A DNA stretch of 64,000 nucleotides from Moniliella sp. 'wahieum' (Eukaryota): contig RSEE01000031.1 in assembly GCA_003971905.1 (NCBI GenBank), positions 496,001 to 560,000 of the forward strand, given 5' to 3'. Every line of letters starts with the position of its first letter. Positions within the stretch are counted from its first letter, which is position 1. Made by a program: the position numbers and the translations under genes. Positions 36,401 through 50,441 of this stretch are shown one piece after another. Below the pieces are notes generated by a model. The model was not told where the DNA came from. It did no database searches and saw only the letters and a list, made by a program, of their open reading frames with translations.

Positions 36401-39400
36401 ACGTACCATAATGCCCCAAGTTGCGGAGACAATTGAGCAAACCCTTGTGCAGATCGGCATCTGTTGGGTCATTTTGCAGTTGAGCTCCCAGCACGACTGG
36501 GCAGCAGTCCAGCGGCCTGTCGATTCGTGTTCGCGGATCTGATGTTCCAGTGAAGGGTCTACAACCAATGTAGTGATGCCTCCATACCGTCGGGCTCATC
36601 CAAAGCGGCGTAATGCAATGCATCTTCTCGTATACACCCTGCAACTCGTCCGAGGCAGCCCTGCGTTGATCCCACCCATTTGTCGGTTCGCTTCCGAGGT
36701 TGAGGACTTTTCGCCCATAACACGAGTGACCATGCGGACCGTCTGCTCGAAATGCATCAGCGACCGGGCCCATGATTGGGTCTCAAAGGAAGCATGGGCG
36801 AGGACTGAAGGGCGGATGTTGTCCAGGACCGACTCGATCGTAATGATAGCATGGCTATCCTTATCCTGTTCTCGAACGCTGGGAACACGCCCCCCAGACC
36901 GATGTGAACGAGATCGGGCGTTGGCCATGGCCACTTTTGCCATACGTTTACGTCGCAGCCAGACGCCCAAGTGATCCAAGATGCCGAACACGGTCTGAGC
37001 CATCTTAAGGATCGTGGGCTGTTGCCCAACCTGATCTTGTCCCACCGACACAGACGGGGCTCGGTCAGGGAGTGCAGGACAGCAAGGAGCTCCGAGTGGA
37101 TCTGGTCTCTGCTGTCTGCACCCGTGGACCAGACGGCGAGGACGAGGTGGGGGAGGATATACTGCGCGATGGATAAGTCGTGCTCCAACACCACAGGCCG
37201 AAACACGGTAAAGATGGCGGCTGCAGGTGTGTGTCGGGTTGCCTTGATCAAGAGACTGGTCCAATTCTGTAGCCATTCCGCATAAGTGCTGCTCGACTGG
37301 CACAACGGCAGAGGCCGAGGTTGTCCCTCCTTGAAATACACGTTGTAGTGCGAGCCCAGCAGAGGGCCAATTGTGTCGAGCAAATGGCTGGGGAGACTGT
37401 TCCACCGCGCCAATACTCTGCCCGATTTGCCCATCACGGCCGTATTCTGGCTCTGTTGGGTTTGCGGAACAGCATCCAGCAAGGCAGGCGTGAAGCCACA
37501 AATCTTGAGCAGCTGCTGAATAGCGTATGCGAGCTTGACTTGGTGGGAAGAACTGTCCGTCGTACGGAACGCACGGACCAACAGATCCCGCACCAGCAAT
37601 AGAGCAAAGTCTGCTGCCTCGTCTTCGTCATCAAAGTTGATCACCATGGCCGTCGAGATACGTTCACTTGGTCCACCCGTCAAGTCAACACGGTCTGGAT
37701 CCACCGCACCAAACAGGCCAAGCACTCGAACGCCAACTCGTTCTGCTCTACCGTCGAAGCAAAGTCCAACCGGGCAGGAATGGCCAATAGCGTGGCCAGC
37801 AAACGCCCCACCAAGGGGTCGAACTGGTTGCCTGATGTGAGGGCATGGAGAAACAACTTGTTGTCCCACAGGAATTGGCGTAACGCAGTAAGCGCCTGCA
37901 GGATGAGCGCTGCATTGTCAGAAGCCAGGTCGTCCAAGAATGCCTCGATTTCGGCACGCTTGCCTCCCTCGAGCATGGGTCCGGCGAAGATCTGCCCAGG
38001 CCGGGATGGAGTCCAGAATCGGTCCCGACACATGCACGCGCGCCAGTACAGCACGAGCAGCCGCTCCTGGCCCCTGAAGGTCGCCGTTCCCATTGACGTC
38101 CGCACCGTCGGCTGTATCAGGGAGCTTCATCAAGCCGAGCACCATTGCCTTAGCTTGCGACTTTCTTGCTCGTCCAGTTGGGGCCAGATTGTGGCCAAGG
38201 TAGCCATCGTCTGCCCCAGGTACAAAGTCATATGCGAAGCTTGGAGTCCTGCCAAAAGCGTGTTCCAGGCCCGCAACACGCTTAGCCGCAAAGATGGCTT
38301 ATTGAGACTCGAAGTGAGGGTCGTGTTGAGCTGTAGTCAAATCAAGGTCAGCTGGTCCACCAGGGAAGGAGAAGCAAAGTGAAAGAAGGGAAAACGTACT
38401 TGAGGGATGATCGAAGAGACATGGCAACCCAAGATGTCGATGAGGCGAGCAAAGGCTTGGATGACCACACGGCGATCCGAGTCGGACCGACGTCCATGCG
38501 TGCCGTCCAATTCCTCACAGAGCCAAGAATGAATAGCCATCGCCTCGCCGCCCAGCCAGGCATCGAATGAAGGCTGATTTTTGTTGGTGCCATGATGAGC
38601 ACTCCGAGAAGAGATGCTGGTCGTGTAGACAAATTCCAGGGCTGGCAGCGCCCACTTCTGCTTCTCTTCCTGCCCGAGGCCAAGACGAGCTGTCCCAGGA
38701 CATCCGCTAAATATGGACGAAGAAGCTGGAGGAAGGTGACTTGGCCAGGGAACATACCAGTGAGCTGGTCAATCACTCCTTGTCGCGTTCGAGGGTCCAC
38801 CAACAGCGTTGAATAAAGAATGAAGGGCATGGTGTCCTTGCAGAGCTGAATAACGCTAACATCCAGATCCTTGGCGATGTCTTGTAACAGTTTGAGCTGC
38901 TGGGATTTGATCAACGCCGGAACCACGTCGTTCTTGGTAGCTTGCAAGAATTTGGACTTGCTCACCCCTGTCAGGCGTAGGACATCCTCCAGCAACGACG
39001 GGGCCGTCTCAGACTTGAGTACCACCAAAACACTGAGTTGTCCCATATAAGGGAGCAGGAGTTGGAAAGTAGTCCCTCCCTTGTAGCGGGCGAGTGCAGC
39101 AATCTGGGTATACGCCAAGCTTGCTGTGTAAGGCCCCGAACCAAGCGACTCAACCAGTTTCAGAAGCGCTTTTCCAGTAACGTGTCCGAGTTGAGTTGCC
39201 CCACGCCCCAAACTCTCTACCGTGGTAGCAACGATGCGTGAGTCGGAAGTGGAGAGAAGCTGTGTATGCAGCGCTGATGCAGTTGAGAACGAGCAGAGCA
39301 TGAGCCTTTTTGCGCACAGTGTGCAAATACTCAAAGCGCCGCCCCACGGTACACAACAACGCCATTGCCGCCACATTGCACGCGCGCGAACGGACGATCA

Positions 39401-41858
39401 AGGCCGTCTTGACCATCTCAAATAGGGCAATGTAATCCATGTCGTCCACAGCCGATTCCTCGCAATGGGCCAAGATGCGGCGGAAAGATTGCAGTGCTCG
39501 TGCAGCGCCCGTCATACCGACTTTGTCGTCCGCTACCATCTGTGTAGGAGCGGTGGCCACCGGAGCAGAGGGAGAACCGAAGGCAGAGAGATGCCTGCTC
39601 ATCACAGCTTTGAGCGATCCAACGATCCGGTCCAAAGCCTTACCGGCGTCAGGTGCGGCAATTGGGGCGGTTTGAAGGGGCGGATGCTCGTCCGGCGCGA
39701 GGAAAGAACCCGACTGGCCCCCGTCAACGAATGGGTGCGCCACGAAGAACCCGATGCAAAAGTCAAGCCTGCCATGGCGCTCAAGGATGGAATGCGGGCA
39801 TCACACACCGAGCAAGTCCACTTGCCTGGGTTCTGCGCTGCTCCCGCGGGCGACAAAACACCATGAGCATACGCGCACATGCGCAGCGCCGCCCGCGCAA
39901 ACTGATCGCTGTCCGCCATTCCAATGGTAAAGCGGGCGAGGCTAGGATTTCCTCCAAAGTCCAACGCGAATCTGGGCCTGGTCGGGCAGCAAGGCGACCG
40001 CCCAGAGAGTAAGATGTAGACCGGGCTCGTTTACCCCCCCCCCGCTCACCATTTACAGCGGGTTCATGGCTGAGGAGCGTTTAGTGGGCGGTGGTGGCGG
40101 GTTCAGGAGCTGTTAATAAGAGCCGCGTGTCATACACTTGCGATGGAAGCATCCACGCTGGGGCGGGGCGGTCGGTGCCCCATCAGCTGCAGGGGCAGCA
40201 AGGAAGGTCAGCGCAGGTTGACTCTGGGATGGGTGAGCGGCCGCCTGCACCGTCAATAAACGGGCCACAGCGTCGGCAAGAATGGTGCGATTGGGTGTGC
40301 CCTTCGTCCCAGCGGGTGAGGCAAGGAACAGGAGCGCTTCCCACGCATATGCCCTACTCCAATTGAGAATATCGTCCGCCACCGATTGTCGTCGCACCCT
40401 CCACCGAGCCTGACGCACTTGTTTCAGTGGCGGAGTCGGATACAGAAACGGGAGAGGTGACAAAGGTGGCCAAGTCAGCTGCCCGAGGCAAAAGCAGGGC
40501 GCGGACTGTCGAAATGAGCTGGTCGGATTGTGTGCCTCGGACAGCTTGCAGGAGGCTCGTCGTCTCTTTCAGGATAGCGAGCAAGGCGTACACATCTGCC
40601 TCGGACGCAGAGTTAGGAGGAAATCCATCTGAATGCTGTTCCGAGCGCAGTGAAGGGCACATAGACCTCAACTTGAGCCAGAGCAAATTCGACTGCGCTG
40701 GGTGCATGACATGCAACGCCAGTCATTCCGTCCTTTACTAAATGAACCAGCTCGGAAGCCGCAGCCACGCGGGCAGCAGCAATGGAGGCTGGCACATGGC
40801 TGGCAGGCAGCCCCCCGGGGGGAGGGCGGAAACAGTGGCTAAATCAAGCCGCCAATTGTCCAGCCAAAACCTAGCGACAGACATGGGCAGTGTGGCAAAG
40901 GTCTTGGGATCCGATCGCGAGAGGGGTGCCAGGATAATGACCAAAGAAGACAAAATGGATCTGGCAAAACGAGCTGCTGCTGCTGCTGCGTCGATGACTC
41001 CACCTCCGAAGAAGGGACATCCGACACACTCAGATCAACCCTGAGACTCATGTTATCCTCCTTGAGCCATAGCACTCGTACTTCTGCTGGCTTGGGGGTT
41101 GGAGCAGGGGCGAAGGTGAGGCCATCGGGGAGGAGGGTCAAAACCGCTTCACCAGGAAGAGGAGGGGGCACAGCTTGGCGGTCAGCCACACAGCGTCCAC
41201 GTCGGCATCCTTGAAGGAAAATGCGGGGACGGCTCAAGACAAAAGCACGGAGGGCAAGAGCAAAAGCAGAGCGCAATATTGGTATGATCAGTGAGCGTGA
41301 GGGAGTGAGTAGGCTGGCCTGGCTGACAAACTGTCTGTCCAGCGGGCAAGACTACTGGCCAGAGCAAGGTGATCGGGCTCAGACGGAGGATGCGAGAAAA
41401 GAGCGGCGTGGGCGACCAAAAGACGAGGGATGATCCAGATCATCACGGGTGCCGATTGATTCTGATCCTCGGGTGGTTTGGATCAAGTTGAAAGCGGTGA
41501 ACAAAGAGGGAAGAAAACTGGTCGCTGCGTACAAAAAATTCGAGTGTCTCTTGTGGGCCAAATGCGGAGGAAGGGCGGGGGGAGGCCAGCGAGGCGGCAA
41601 GGAGCGCAGGCCTCTCAGGATGTTCAGGAAGAAGAGGTAGGAGGTACTCAGCGGCGAGGAGACGAAGCATTGCATGCCTACCGGCCGTCTCAGCTTCCGA
41701 CGCGTCGGGTGTAGCGCCAGCGCCGTCTTGGTTTGCCTCTCGGCCGCCAGGACCAGAAGGAGGAGCAAGGATGCGCGCCGATCCATCCGTCACCGCTCGA
41801 AAGGCCTCCTTGCGCCGCTCGACGGCACGGGGTATGGCATCGAGTGGATGCTGGACAT
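33415..41858 (-). CDS. MEC1: PIKK checkpoint kinase ATR/Mec1/Rad3 (multi-exon, frameshifted in assembly)
   Basis: Kinase [52 protein letters not shown]-region blocks ([26 protein letters not shown]); spliced FATC end NLALM/YIGWASYL* (TAA at 33415-33417); 5' end approximate. Confidence 0.93.
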
Positions 41859-42428
41859 GGCCGGCAGCTGCTGGCGGCAGAGGCGGTGGCGGCGGTGGTG
41901 CTGGTGATGGGGTTTGGCGAAAGCTTTCGAGCCCGACTGAACGCGTCTGCCGCCCATTAAAATGCACAGTTCCAACACATGAAAGTTTCACGTCTTTCTT
42001 TCTGGCCGCGGCGTGTTCGACGTGTTTTGCAACGGCCTGCCAATATATATACAGGCAACAGATTGGACGAACTCGACAATTCGCAGTGACCGTCATCTCG
42101 AGGGCGCGTCGATGCCTCTAAGGGCGTCTGCTAGTAAACCAAAGTCCCACAGTGTAAAAATGCATCTCAAACCCGCTCATTAACACACCAGCTATCCCTC
42201 CTCTCACTAGAGTTATACACCGCAGAACAGTTACTCAGATCCAAAAAGAGGAGCCTGTGGGCCTGAGGCGCCACCCCTGCGTTGGAACTATACCCCTCCT
42301 CCTATCGAATCGGTGGCCTGTCGGCATGACTGATTGGTGGTGTGGACCGAATTAGACGAACAATAATGTGCACAAAGAAATGTTCTCATCCGCAACGACA
42401 TGAGAGCTGCCTGCCTCTTCTCCCACAC

Positions 42429-45400
42429 TCATCCATGCCGCCTCCATGGATCATATGGATCGTAGGAGCGGGGGGCATCAGCAAGCCAAGGCGCCTCCTG
42501 ATCCGGAAGGGAAGTGGGCATGTAGTTGTGTTGTGGGCGCGGTACGGGTTGGGCGGGAGGGAGGAAACGGGGCCAGGGTTGCGGCAAGGAATAGGGCCGA
42601 CGTGGCATGGGCGAAGAAGAGGAAGCCGAAACCGAAACGGACGAGGTGGACGTCACTTGGTTTCTGCCAATTGAGGCTTGCGACGTAGCGCCGGGTCCTA
42701 TTGCCGATGCACTCGCCGTCATCGCACAATTTCTGGGCCAGAGGAGGATACATGAGCTGTGCTGATCGTGGGTCGTGGCGTATAGGACATGGGGGTGCGT
42801 TTCACTCAACGTCCGTATCCCTGGAGCGCCTCCACCCCTGTCTCCAGCGGGTTTACGCAGACTGTGCGGTGCAGGCGATTGCACAGGTCCACTTGGAATG
42901 GCATACTGATTCCGGTCCATCGTGGCGAACGCATTCCGGCTACTTCCCCTTCCTGACGCCCTGGGAACGCCCCGGAAGCTTGGGATGGCGGGACTGTCAC
43001 TACACTGGAGCCATCACCAGTACCATAATATCCCCAACGGGAGGGGGTTTTGGGGTCGAGCGTTGAAGAAAGACGGGGGGGCATGCCGCCGAAACTCCGA
43101 GAGGGTTGAGGGGCACATTCCGATCAGAGTACTGCCCTGCATCGTCGTTGCGCATACCATTGTATGGGTCCACGCTGTTGGGGCAAGTAAGGAGCAGAGC
43201 GGGTAGACGGTTCGGGAGCAGGCGGCCGACGGGACCGATGCAGTACGTCCCAAGTAGACACGCCAACAGAGAGAGGAACCCCGTTAGGGGGCGTGCCAAG
43301 CGGAGTGGCATAGGAAGGAGAGGATGATGTGTTGCCTGAAGAGCCGTTCGAAAGCGATGTCAACGAGGGATCGCTGATGATAACCCGACGGTCCGGGTGG
43401 TGGCGATTGAACCTGGGCGCAGCCGGCATGCGCAAGGGCATCGACCCCAGGGACAGACTGGATGAACTGTCCGTTCCAAAGGTCGAGCTGCCCCCCTCGT
43501 TTTTCGAACCGCCACTTCCACCTCCACTCGAGGTGCTCTCGTTTCCTTGTCCTCGGCCATCCAGTTCCGACGCAGCTTGGTTGCGCTCCCAGAGCCCCGC
43601 TGTCGGTTTCCATCTCGAGGGTAAGCCAGAGACATCGGGAGTGGTCCTCCCTGCATCCATGTGGTGATGATGGTGGTGGTGGTGTTCGTGGCTGTGGCTG
43701 TGACTGTGAGCATGGGAATGGAACAGCTTCAACCGACGGAACCGTTCCGTCACGTCCTTAACCTTCTCCTGCGGGTTGCCACGCATCTTGGACCCTGAAC
43801 CTCCACGGCGGTCGTAATGTTTGCGCCACGAGTCGAGCTCAATCATAGGCCGAGAAGGGTAGGTAGTGATGGAAGATTTGGCATCCGAGCTCTTCAACCC
43901 ATACTGCCACCGTTCCTCATCCGACAAGAGCCACGGTGTTTGAATATACTCGACTGGTAAGTTGCGCAAAATGGGAAGCCATGTCTTCACGTAATCTCCA
44001 GGCCAGTCAAAGTCGAGGGCTTGCTTGATGGTGTTGAATTGGCGAGAAGCGCGGGGATCATTACCAACGCCAGCGACATATTGCCTTGTATGAAGAAACA
44101 AAAGGAAGGTCAGTGGCTGATCTATACAACAAGCAATGGGGGTCCGTACCAATTGCCGTAGTTGGACGTCGCATCATAATCAATCAAATGGCTAGCAAAG
44201 AACTCGGCCCCGACCCGCCAGTCGCAGGCCAAATCTTTGGACAAGAACGAAGCCACATTTTGCCGTCCACGATTGGACATAAACCCGCTCTCGCGCAGCT
44301 CGGTCACGTTGGCATCGATAAATGGAATGCCTGTGCGGGCCTCGAGCAGACGAGTGACGTGGTTATTAGGCTCGTCAGCCAAAGGGTCCCACATCTTCCA
44401 CCAAGACTGTTTCTTTTCCGCCTGGGGCGGGTCGGTGATCATTTCGAAGCCACCCAGGGAGTAGAGAAGATCGCCGAACTTGGCGGCTGCAAGGAAAAAG
44501 TAATCGCGCCACATCAGCTCGAATCTGACCCAATACGTGTTCTGGTCCTCCCCGAGTCGTTCCTCGAGCTGGTCCAAAACCTCCCAGATCTGCCGAGCCG
44601 AGATACAACCGTAGGCAAGGAACGGCGACATTTTGGTGCTGTATCCCGATCCCAGAAGATTGTTTCTAGTTTGCTTGTAACGGGCCACAGGCGGAAGACG
44701 TTCCTTGGCCGCAGGGCCCGAAGCCATTCGGCCCCGAATAAAGTACCACTCTAGTCGCTCTAGGGCCGACGTCTCTCCGCCCCGGAAGGGGAAGGCCGAT
44801 GCAGTGTGGCGCGAGGTGAGCATCGCATAGTCGTTCAGGGCTTCTGCACACTGGGGCTGAATGATGGCATGAAGAAGGAACTTCATCAGGTCATCCCAGG
44901 AGATAGTCTCGGTTTCCTCGTTGACTTGGCCTGTGGCTGCTGCATATGTAGGCGGGCGAGAGACTTTGGCCGTAGCGTGCCCACTATTGAGGACACCATT
45001 AATGTCCGAATGAGGGTCGATATCAAGTGAGTAGTTGCGCGTGTCGTGAATGTGGAGCGGGAAAGGCTTGAAACGAGCAGGAGGATGAGCAGTGGAGCGG
45101 ACCATACGCTTTCCTAGCGATTCGACCCGCTTCCGGAAGGGAGTGAAGACATCTGGGGTCTCTTTGATGTCAAACGGCAAGTCGGCAGGGTGGATCAGGG
45201 TTTTCCCATAGGCAAAGCTGAGCTGTACCTGCCGACTGTGCAGAGTTTTAGCCACAGCGTTCTCAATCTCAATGTCTTCGGATGCGGCCTCCTTCTGCAT
45301 CCATACTCCCTCGACAGAGTCACCCTGAGCTTGCAGCGAAGCGACCAACTCGCCTAGCACGTCCTCCGTTTTGCCAAAGCGGATCAGTAGGTCCGAACCA

Positions 45401-46375
45401 CGCTTGAGCAGGTTCTGCCGCAAGTCCGCCACACACTCCACGATGAACCGAACACGAAAACCACCCGTTTTCCAGAAGCCATACGTCGGCGTGCGGGCCT
45501 CGGGGCCTTTGCGCTCGTAGTTGGGCAAGCCCGAAAGCTCAATGGTCCGTTCGTCAAATACAAAAAAGGGAAGAATGTACTGTGACTGGGAAGCCAGATT
45601 CCACTCGTCGGCAAAGACACCCCCATCAATCCCTTGAAGGGTGTGGTTGGGTAAGCCAGGCCCAAGGAGAGCTTGACCCAAACGCATACTGTTACCGTGC
45701 GCTTTGAAATGCAGATTCTGGCCCATCCAAGTCGGCGGTGGCGGCGCACGGTCACGATGGGCAGAGGTGAAAAGGGGATTGTCGGTAATGCGCAAGTCGT
45801 TACGGAGCAGAACAATCAGGATGGACCGCCCCTCACGGTCAATGACGGATGCGGTTCCTGGTTGTAGTAACGGTACTGCTGCAGTACCATCCATGGCACT
45901 GGCTGTCGTACGGTCAGTCGAACCATAAGCGCCACTACCACGGTCTCTTCCCTCCCTGCTCGGTAGGAACGATGCAGCGGAGTCCGTGACGGTTTGATTC
46001 CTGGAATACCGTGGCGAGGAAGCCTCCGACGGTTCGTCCTTGTCCTTGGGACTATGCGAATTCGACCCAGCGCCATTCGGACGTTCGACAAACGGAGGAG
46101 GGGTACCTTTGGCTGCCGTAGAGGCAGCCACGTGAAAGACAGTGGGGACCGAGCCGGGGCGCAGTATCGGCCTCGGAGTTGTTGGGCTCAGGCTGAGGCT
46201 CAGAGCCTTCAGACACCGAGTGGTGCAGGCTCGAGCCAGTGGACGATTTGTCAGACTGGTTGCCACTGCTTCCACCGGATCCAGAGCCAGAGCCAGAGCG
46301 GAAGCTGCGATCGGTAGGCCCTGTGTTGTTGGCCACACACAGCACGTCCTGCCCATCCGTCCAGCTAGGGTCCAT
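42429..46375 (-). CDS. Cryptochrome DASH (photolyase/cryptochrome family) with long N- and C-terminal low-complexity extensions
   Basis: LRNDLRITDNP, PDVFTPFRKRVE, FRGGETSALERL, YKQTRNNLLG..YSTKMSPFLAYGCISARQI, FELMWRDYF, GFMSNRGRQNVASFL, DYDATSNYGNW, intron, QYVAGVGNDPR (DASH-diagnostic); distal 3' extent inferred across frameshifts. Confidence 0.92.
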
Positions 46376-47987
46376 GGCGGTGGCGGCGGCTGGCAAGGAA
46401 GAAGGGGTGGGGCGGCGGGAGGTTTGGTATGCAAGGAGGAACGCGTCCGGGTGGAACGGAGTGCTGGAGGGTTGTGCGTGTGGTCGATGGGCTAAGCGAC
46501 GGACCAATCAATATCCAATGCTGTCTAAGTAGGGCGGGTGGTTAGGATGTGACATGTGCATGTGACGTTTTGCTCCAAGCCACAGGGGGGGTTAGGTTAG
46601 GCCTTAGGCCTAGCTAGGCTGGCTAGGGCCCGATCCAAAAGGCACGATGTTGTGCCTGGCGTCGTTGAACCATACTAGCTTCATGAGCTTCAAGCGTCAA
46701 GCTTCCAGAGTCCCCGCTGGTCCCAGCTTCAAAGCGACAGTTGACGCGCGACCACCATGCGTCATTCTCATCGATCCTTGCCTCATCGATCGTCCTGTTG
46801 CTCCAGAGGGGTGGGGGATGGGCGTGGGGAGGTGACGCAGCGACGCGTGACGTACAAGCGGTCGCGGCGGCGGAAGAAAAGCAAGAGTCTGCGCATCTGA
46901 GATCCGAGAGCTGAAACGTGGGCCACTGGTGGATCCCAGTGGAGATCGCAGCCAGCTGCGCAAAGCAGCACACCAGGCAGCCCACCGCTCTTCTTCGGCC
47001 TTTGACCCACAGCCCCTCCCATCTCTCAGATCCCCGCCTCCTCGGTCTGACCCCATCGATATTCGATCTCTCAGATCTCATCTCTCTCCCCAGCAGCGGA
47101 ATGCAGGCCGCCGGCGGAATGGCACCATGACGTCATGATCACATCTGCGTTGCCACCCTGCTTGTCTCCTTGGTCTGTCTGTGTTGGTCGCATGACCGTA
47201 CCCAACATCGGCGGTCTTTCTATTGCGGGCTCTTCCCATCTCCGCCTCCGCCCTCCCCGGGTAGGTGGTAGGTGGTAGGTAGCAGCTCTCGTCCCAGGTA
47301 TTAGGTCCTAGCGCGCCCACAACGTTTCTCATCCAGCGCACCATCCCCCCTGGCTCTCACACTCTCATTCGCCTCATGTACCCCTACTGCTCCAGTCCGT
47401 GGGGCTCTGATATAATAACGAGGGGTTTAGAACAGCGTCAGCTTCTTTCTCTCTTCGTTGCAGTGTTTTGGTGGTGGTGTGCGACTTTCTTGATCATTTC
47501 TGGGGTGGTTCAAAAGTTGCACTGAGTTAACAGGAATAACTCCCTCTTTCCCCACCTGGATGTGATGGTCTCTGGAGGTTCTTTGACAGGAACGGGACGT
47601 TGCAAGCTACAACCAGGTGAGACCGCTTGGGGGGAGAGCATGCACATCTGTACTATACTATATCAAAGCAACATCGGCATGCGGAGAGGTGGTTGTAAAA
47701 GGGGCACCGGAGCGTGCAATTCCGCCGAGTGGCGTGGGCCGAGTTCCGCCGGGGAGGGGCTGGCGATGTAATTTGCGATTTCCGGTCGTTGCCCGTCTGT
47801 CGCGCCACCACTGCGCTCTGCTGGATTTGTGTTGGCGTCCGACTCCTGGTGGCGCTTCTTCCCGCACACTCTCTCGCGCCCCGACCACCGCCGCGGCCTG
47901 CTGTGCTTGCTCCTCCGCTGTCCTCTTCCTCTCCTTCCCTCCTTCCCTCCGTCTCTCCGTCCCTCCCCCCCCCTTCTCCTTCCCGCC

Positions 47988-49885
47988 ATGCCCCGCCACC
48001 CCCCCAACAGCACCCCCGGTGGAAACGGCGTCCCCTCCGAGCTGCTCTCCTCCACCTCCGGCCTCTTCCACACCATTGTTGGCAACGAGGACGACGGCCC
48101 CCGAGGGTCCCTGCTTGCCTTTGGTACCAGCTCCCCCATCCCCGGCTCCATACTGCCTCCACCCCTTCCACCAGGCGAGCTGGGGATGGGCATGGGGATG
48201 GGCATGGGCGGCATGGGTATGGGTATGGGTATGGGCATGGGTATGGGCTCCACCGATGCGCCCTCGCTCCTAGACGTTATTTTCTCTGGCATGCGCCCTG
48301 GTGGACCTCGACGCCAAGCAGCGCCTTCCAAGGAGGACGCTGAGGCGGCCCACCGCCAAGACGCCGCCAATGAAGCCGAGCTCGCTCAGATTTACGAGCA
48401 ATTTCACTTTGAACCGTTGTGGGCACGGTTGTCGGAGGCGCTGACGCGGCTGGAAGACGATCCTTCGGCAGCACAGGTGTTGCTCCCCTTGATTGAGAGC
48501 TTGATGGTTGTCTCCAAACACGTAGCGGTGGAAGGTGCATTTGAAGCACGTCGTCGGCAGCGTGTCAGCCCTCCGCTCGATGCACCCGCTTCGGAGGTCG
48601 AGCCCCGCACCCCGACCGAGGTGATGGCTGAAAACTTTTTCCGTTTCACCGAGAAGCATCGCAAGATCCTCAACACCATGGTCCGGCAGAACCCTTCCTT
48701 GATGAGCGGCAGTTTCTCTCTGATGGTCCAGAACCCGCAAGCGCTTGACTTTGACAATAAGCGCAATTACTTTACCCAGCAATTGCACAAAGGTCGCCGA
48801 GAGCACTACACCACCCTCAATCTAACTGTACGCAGGAGCGATGTATTTTACGACTCGTATCGTTTCCTTCGCCACTCGGGCCCCGAAATCAAGCATGGCA
48901 AACTCAACGTACGATTCTCGGGGGAGGAAGGTGTCGATGCGGGCGGTGTAACGCGCGAGTGGTTCAGCGTCTTGGCTCGAGCCATGTTCAACCCGGACAA
49001 CGCGTTGTTTGCCCCCTGTGCAGCCGACCGCAACACGTTCCAACCGAATCGGATGAGTTGGGTCAACGAGGAGCATCTTTCCTTTTTTACTTTTGTGGGG
49101 CGCATCATTGGCAAAGCCATCTACGACAACCGATTGTTGGATGCCTACTTTAGCCGGTCCTTCTACAAGCACATCCTGGGGAAAAAGGTCGACTACCGCG
49201 ACATAGAAGCGATCGATCCCGAATACTTCAAGTCGCTAGAGTGGATGCTTAACAACGACATCAACGGCGTCTTGGACCTGACCTTTTCCGTCGATTCCGA
49301 GGACTTTGGTGTGCAAAGGACAATCGAATTGAAACCGAAGGGCCTTACTATCCCCGTGACTGAGGAGAATAAGGTGGAATACGTCCGCCTTGTCACTGAG
49401 CAACGGTTGACCAAGGAAATCCAGATGCAAATCAACGCTTTCCTCAAGGGCTTCCACGACATTATCCCCCCGAGCTGATTCGTATCTTTACCGAGCAAGA
49501 GCTCGAGCTGCTCATCTCGGGCTTGCCCGATATTGAGGTTGACAGCTGGAAGAACAATACCGAACTGCACGGATACAGCTCGGCCGACCCGGTGATCCAA
49601 TGGTTCTGGCGTGCGGTCCGCAGCTTTGACCAGACCGAAAAGGCCAAACTGCTGCAGTTCATCACGGGTACGTCCAAGGTCCCGCTCGAGGGGTTTGGTC
49701 ACCTGCAAGGTGTGCAAGGCACCCAGCGGTTCAATATCCACAAGGCTTATGGGGACAATCGACTGCCCGCCAGTCACACCTGTTTCAACCAACTCGACCT
49801 GCCTCAGTACGACTCGTATGACAAGCTGCGCCAATCACTCTTGACAGCCATGCACGAGGGAGGTGAAGGGTTTGGGTTTGCCTAA
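47988..49885 (+). CDS. HECT E3 ubiquitin ligase, TOM1/HUWE1-like but only about 630 aa (C-terminal portion)
   Basis: [61 protein letters not shown], catalytic [14 protein letters not shown], ends EGFGFA*; one indel near 49470. Confidence 0.92.
48180..48248 (+). repeat. Coding (GGNATG)n hexamer repeat encoding a (Gly-Met)n tract
   Basis: ggggatgggcatggggatgggcatgggcggcatgggtatgggtatgggtatgggcatgggtatggg. Confidence 0.85.
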
Positions 49886-50441
49886 GTCCTGTTTTCCTAC
49901 CTTGGTCGATCATGTTTGTTTCCCTTCCCACCGTTTTCCTCATCAGCTGGGTCCAAACGAACGTTGTTGCTTTGATGTGGAGGATCGGAGTCCGTGGCAA
50001 GACGGGTAGAGCGAGAGACTAGACGAGAGGGAGGACAAAGAGGGTGCGAACAAAGCTGGTGGGAGAGAGGAGGGATTGATTGAGCAGAGGGAAACGAGAG
50101 GGTTGGGAACAGGTCCCACAAGGAGGAATACATCTGTGGGGAAAGAGTGAACGTGAAGACGAAGAGGCACCAACCAAACCACGCGGAAGAGGACCGTTGT
50201 GTAAAGAAGGAAGGGGAAATGCGGACACGGGGCAAAGGAAGTTGGTGGGGGGGCGGGGGGGGGGAGATACTGTTGATGCGGGGAACCCGGGGTGCAAAGC
50301 GAACAAAGTGCAAAAGATAGCACAAGGAAGTGAAAAAAGAGGCACAAACCCTTCGCAAAAAAATGAAGAAACAAACTAGAGGCCACAAAGCTATGGGGCC
50401 TTGCTCCATCAGAGCGGCCCTCAAGACCAGGCCTTGGAAGA

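Noticed and set aside
2128..46375. Possible DNA-damage gene cluster (KIN17, RFC1, HMG-box, ATR, CRY-DASH)
   Set aside because: Genes are interspersed with unrelated housekeeping genes over 44 kb; coincidence cannot be excluded without synteny data
46594..46610. TTAGG repeats resembling telomeric sequence
   Set aside because: Only three imperfect units, not TTAGGG, merging into the palindrome-stutter pattern
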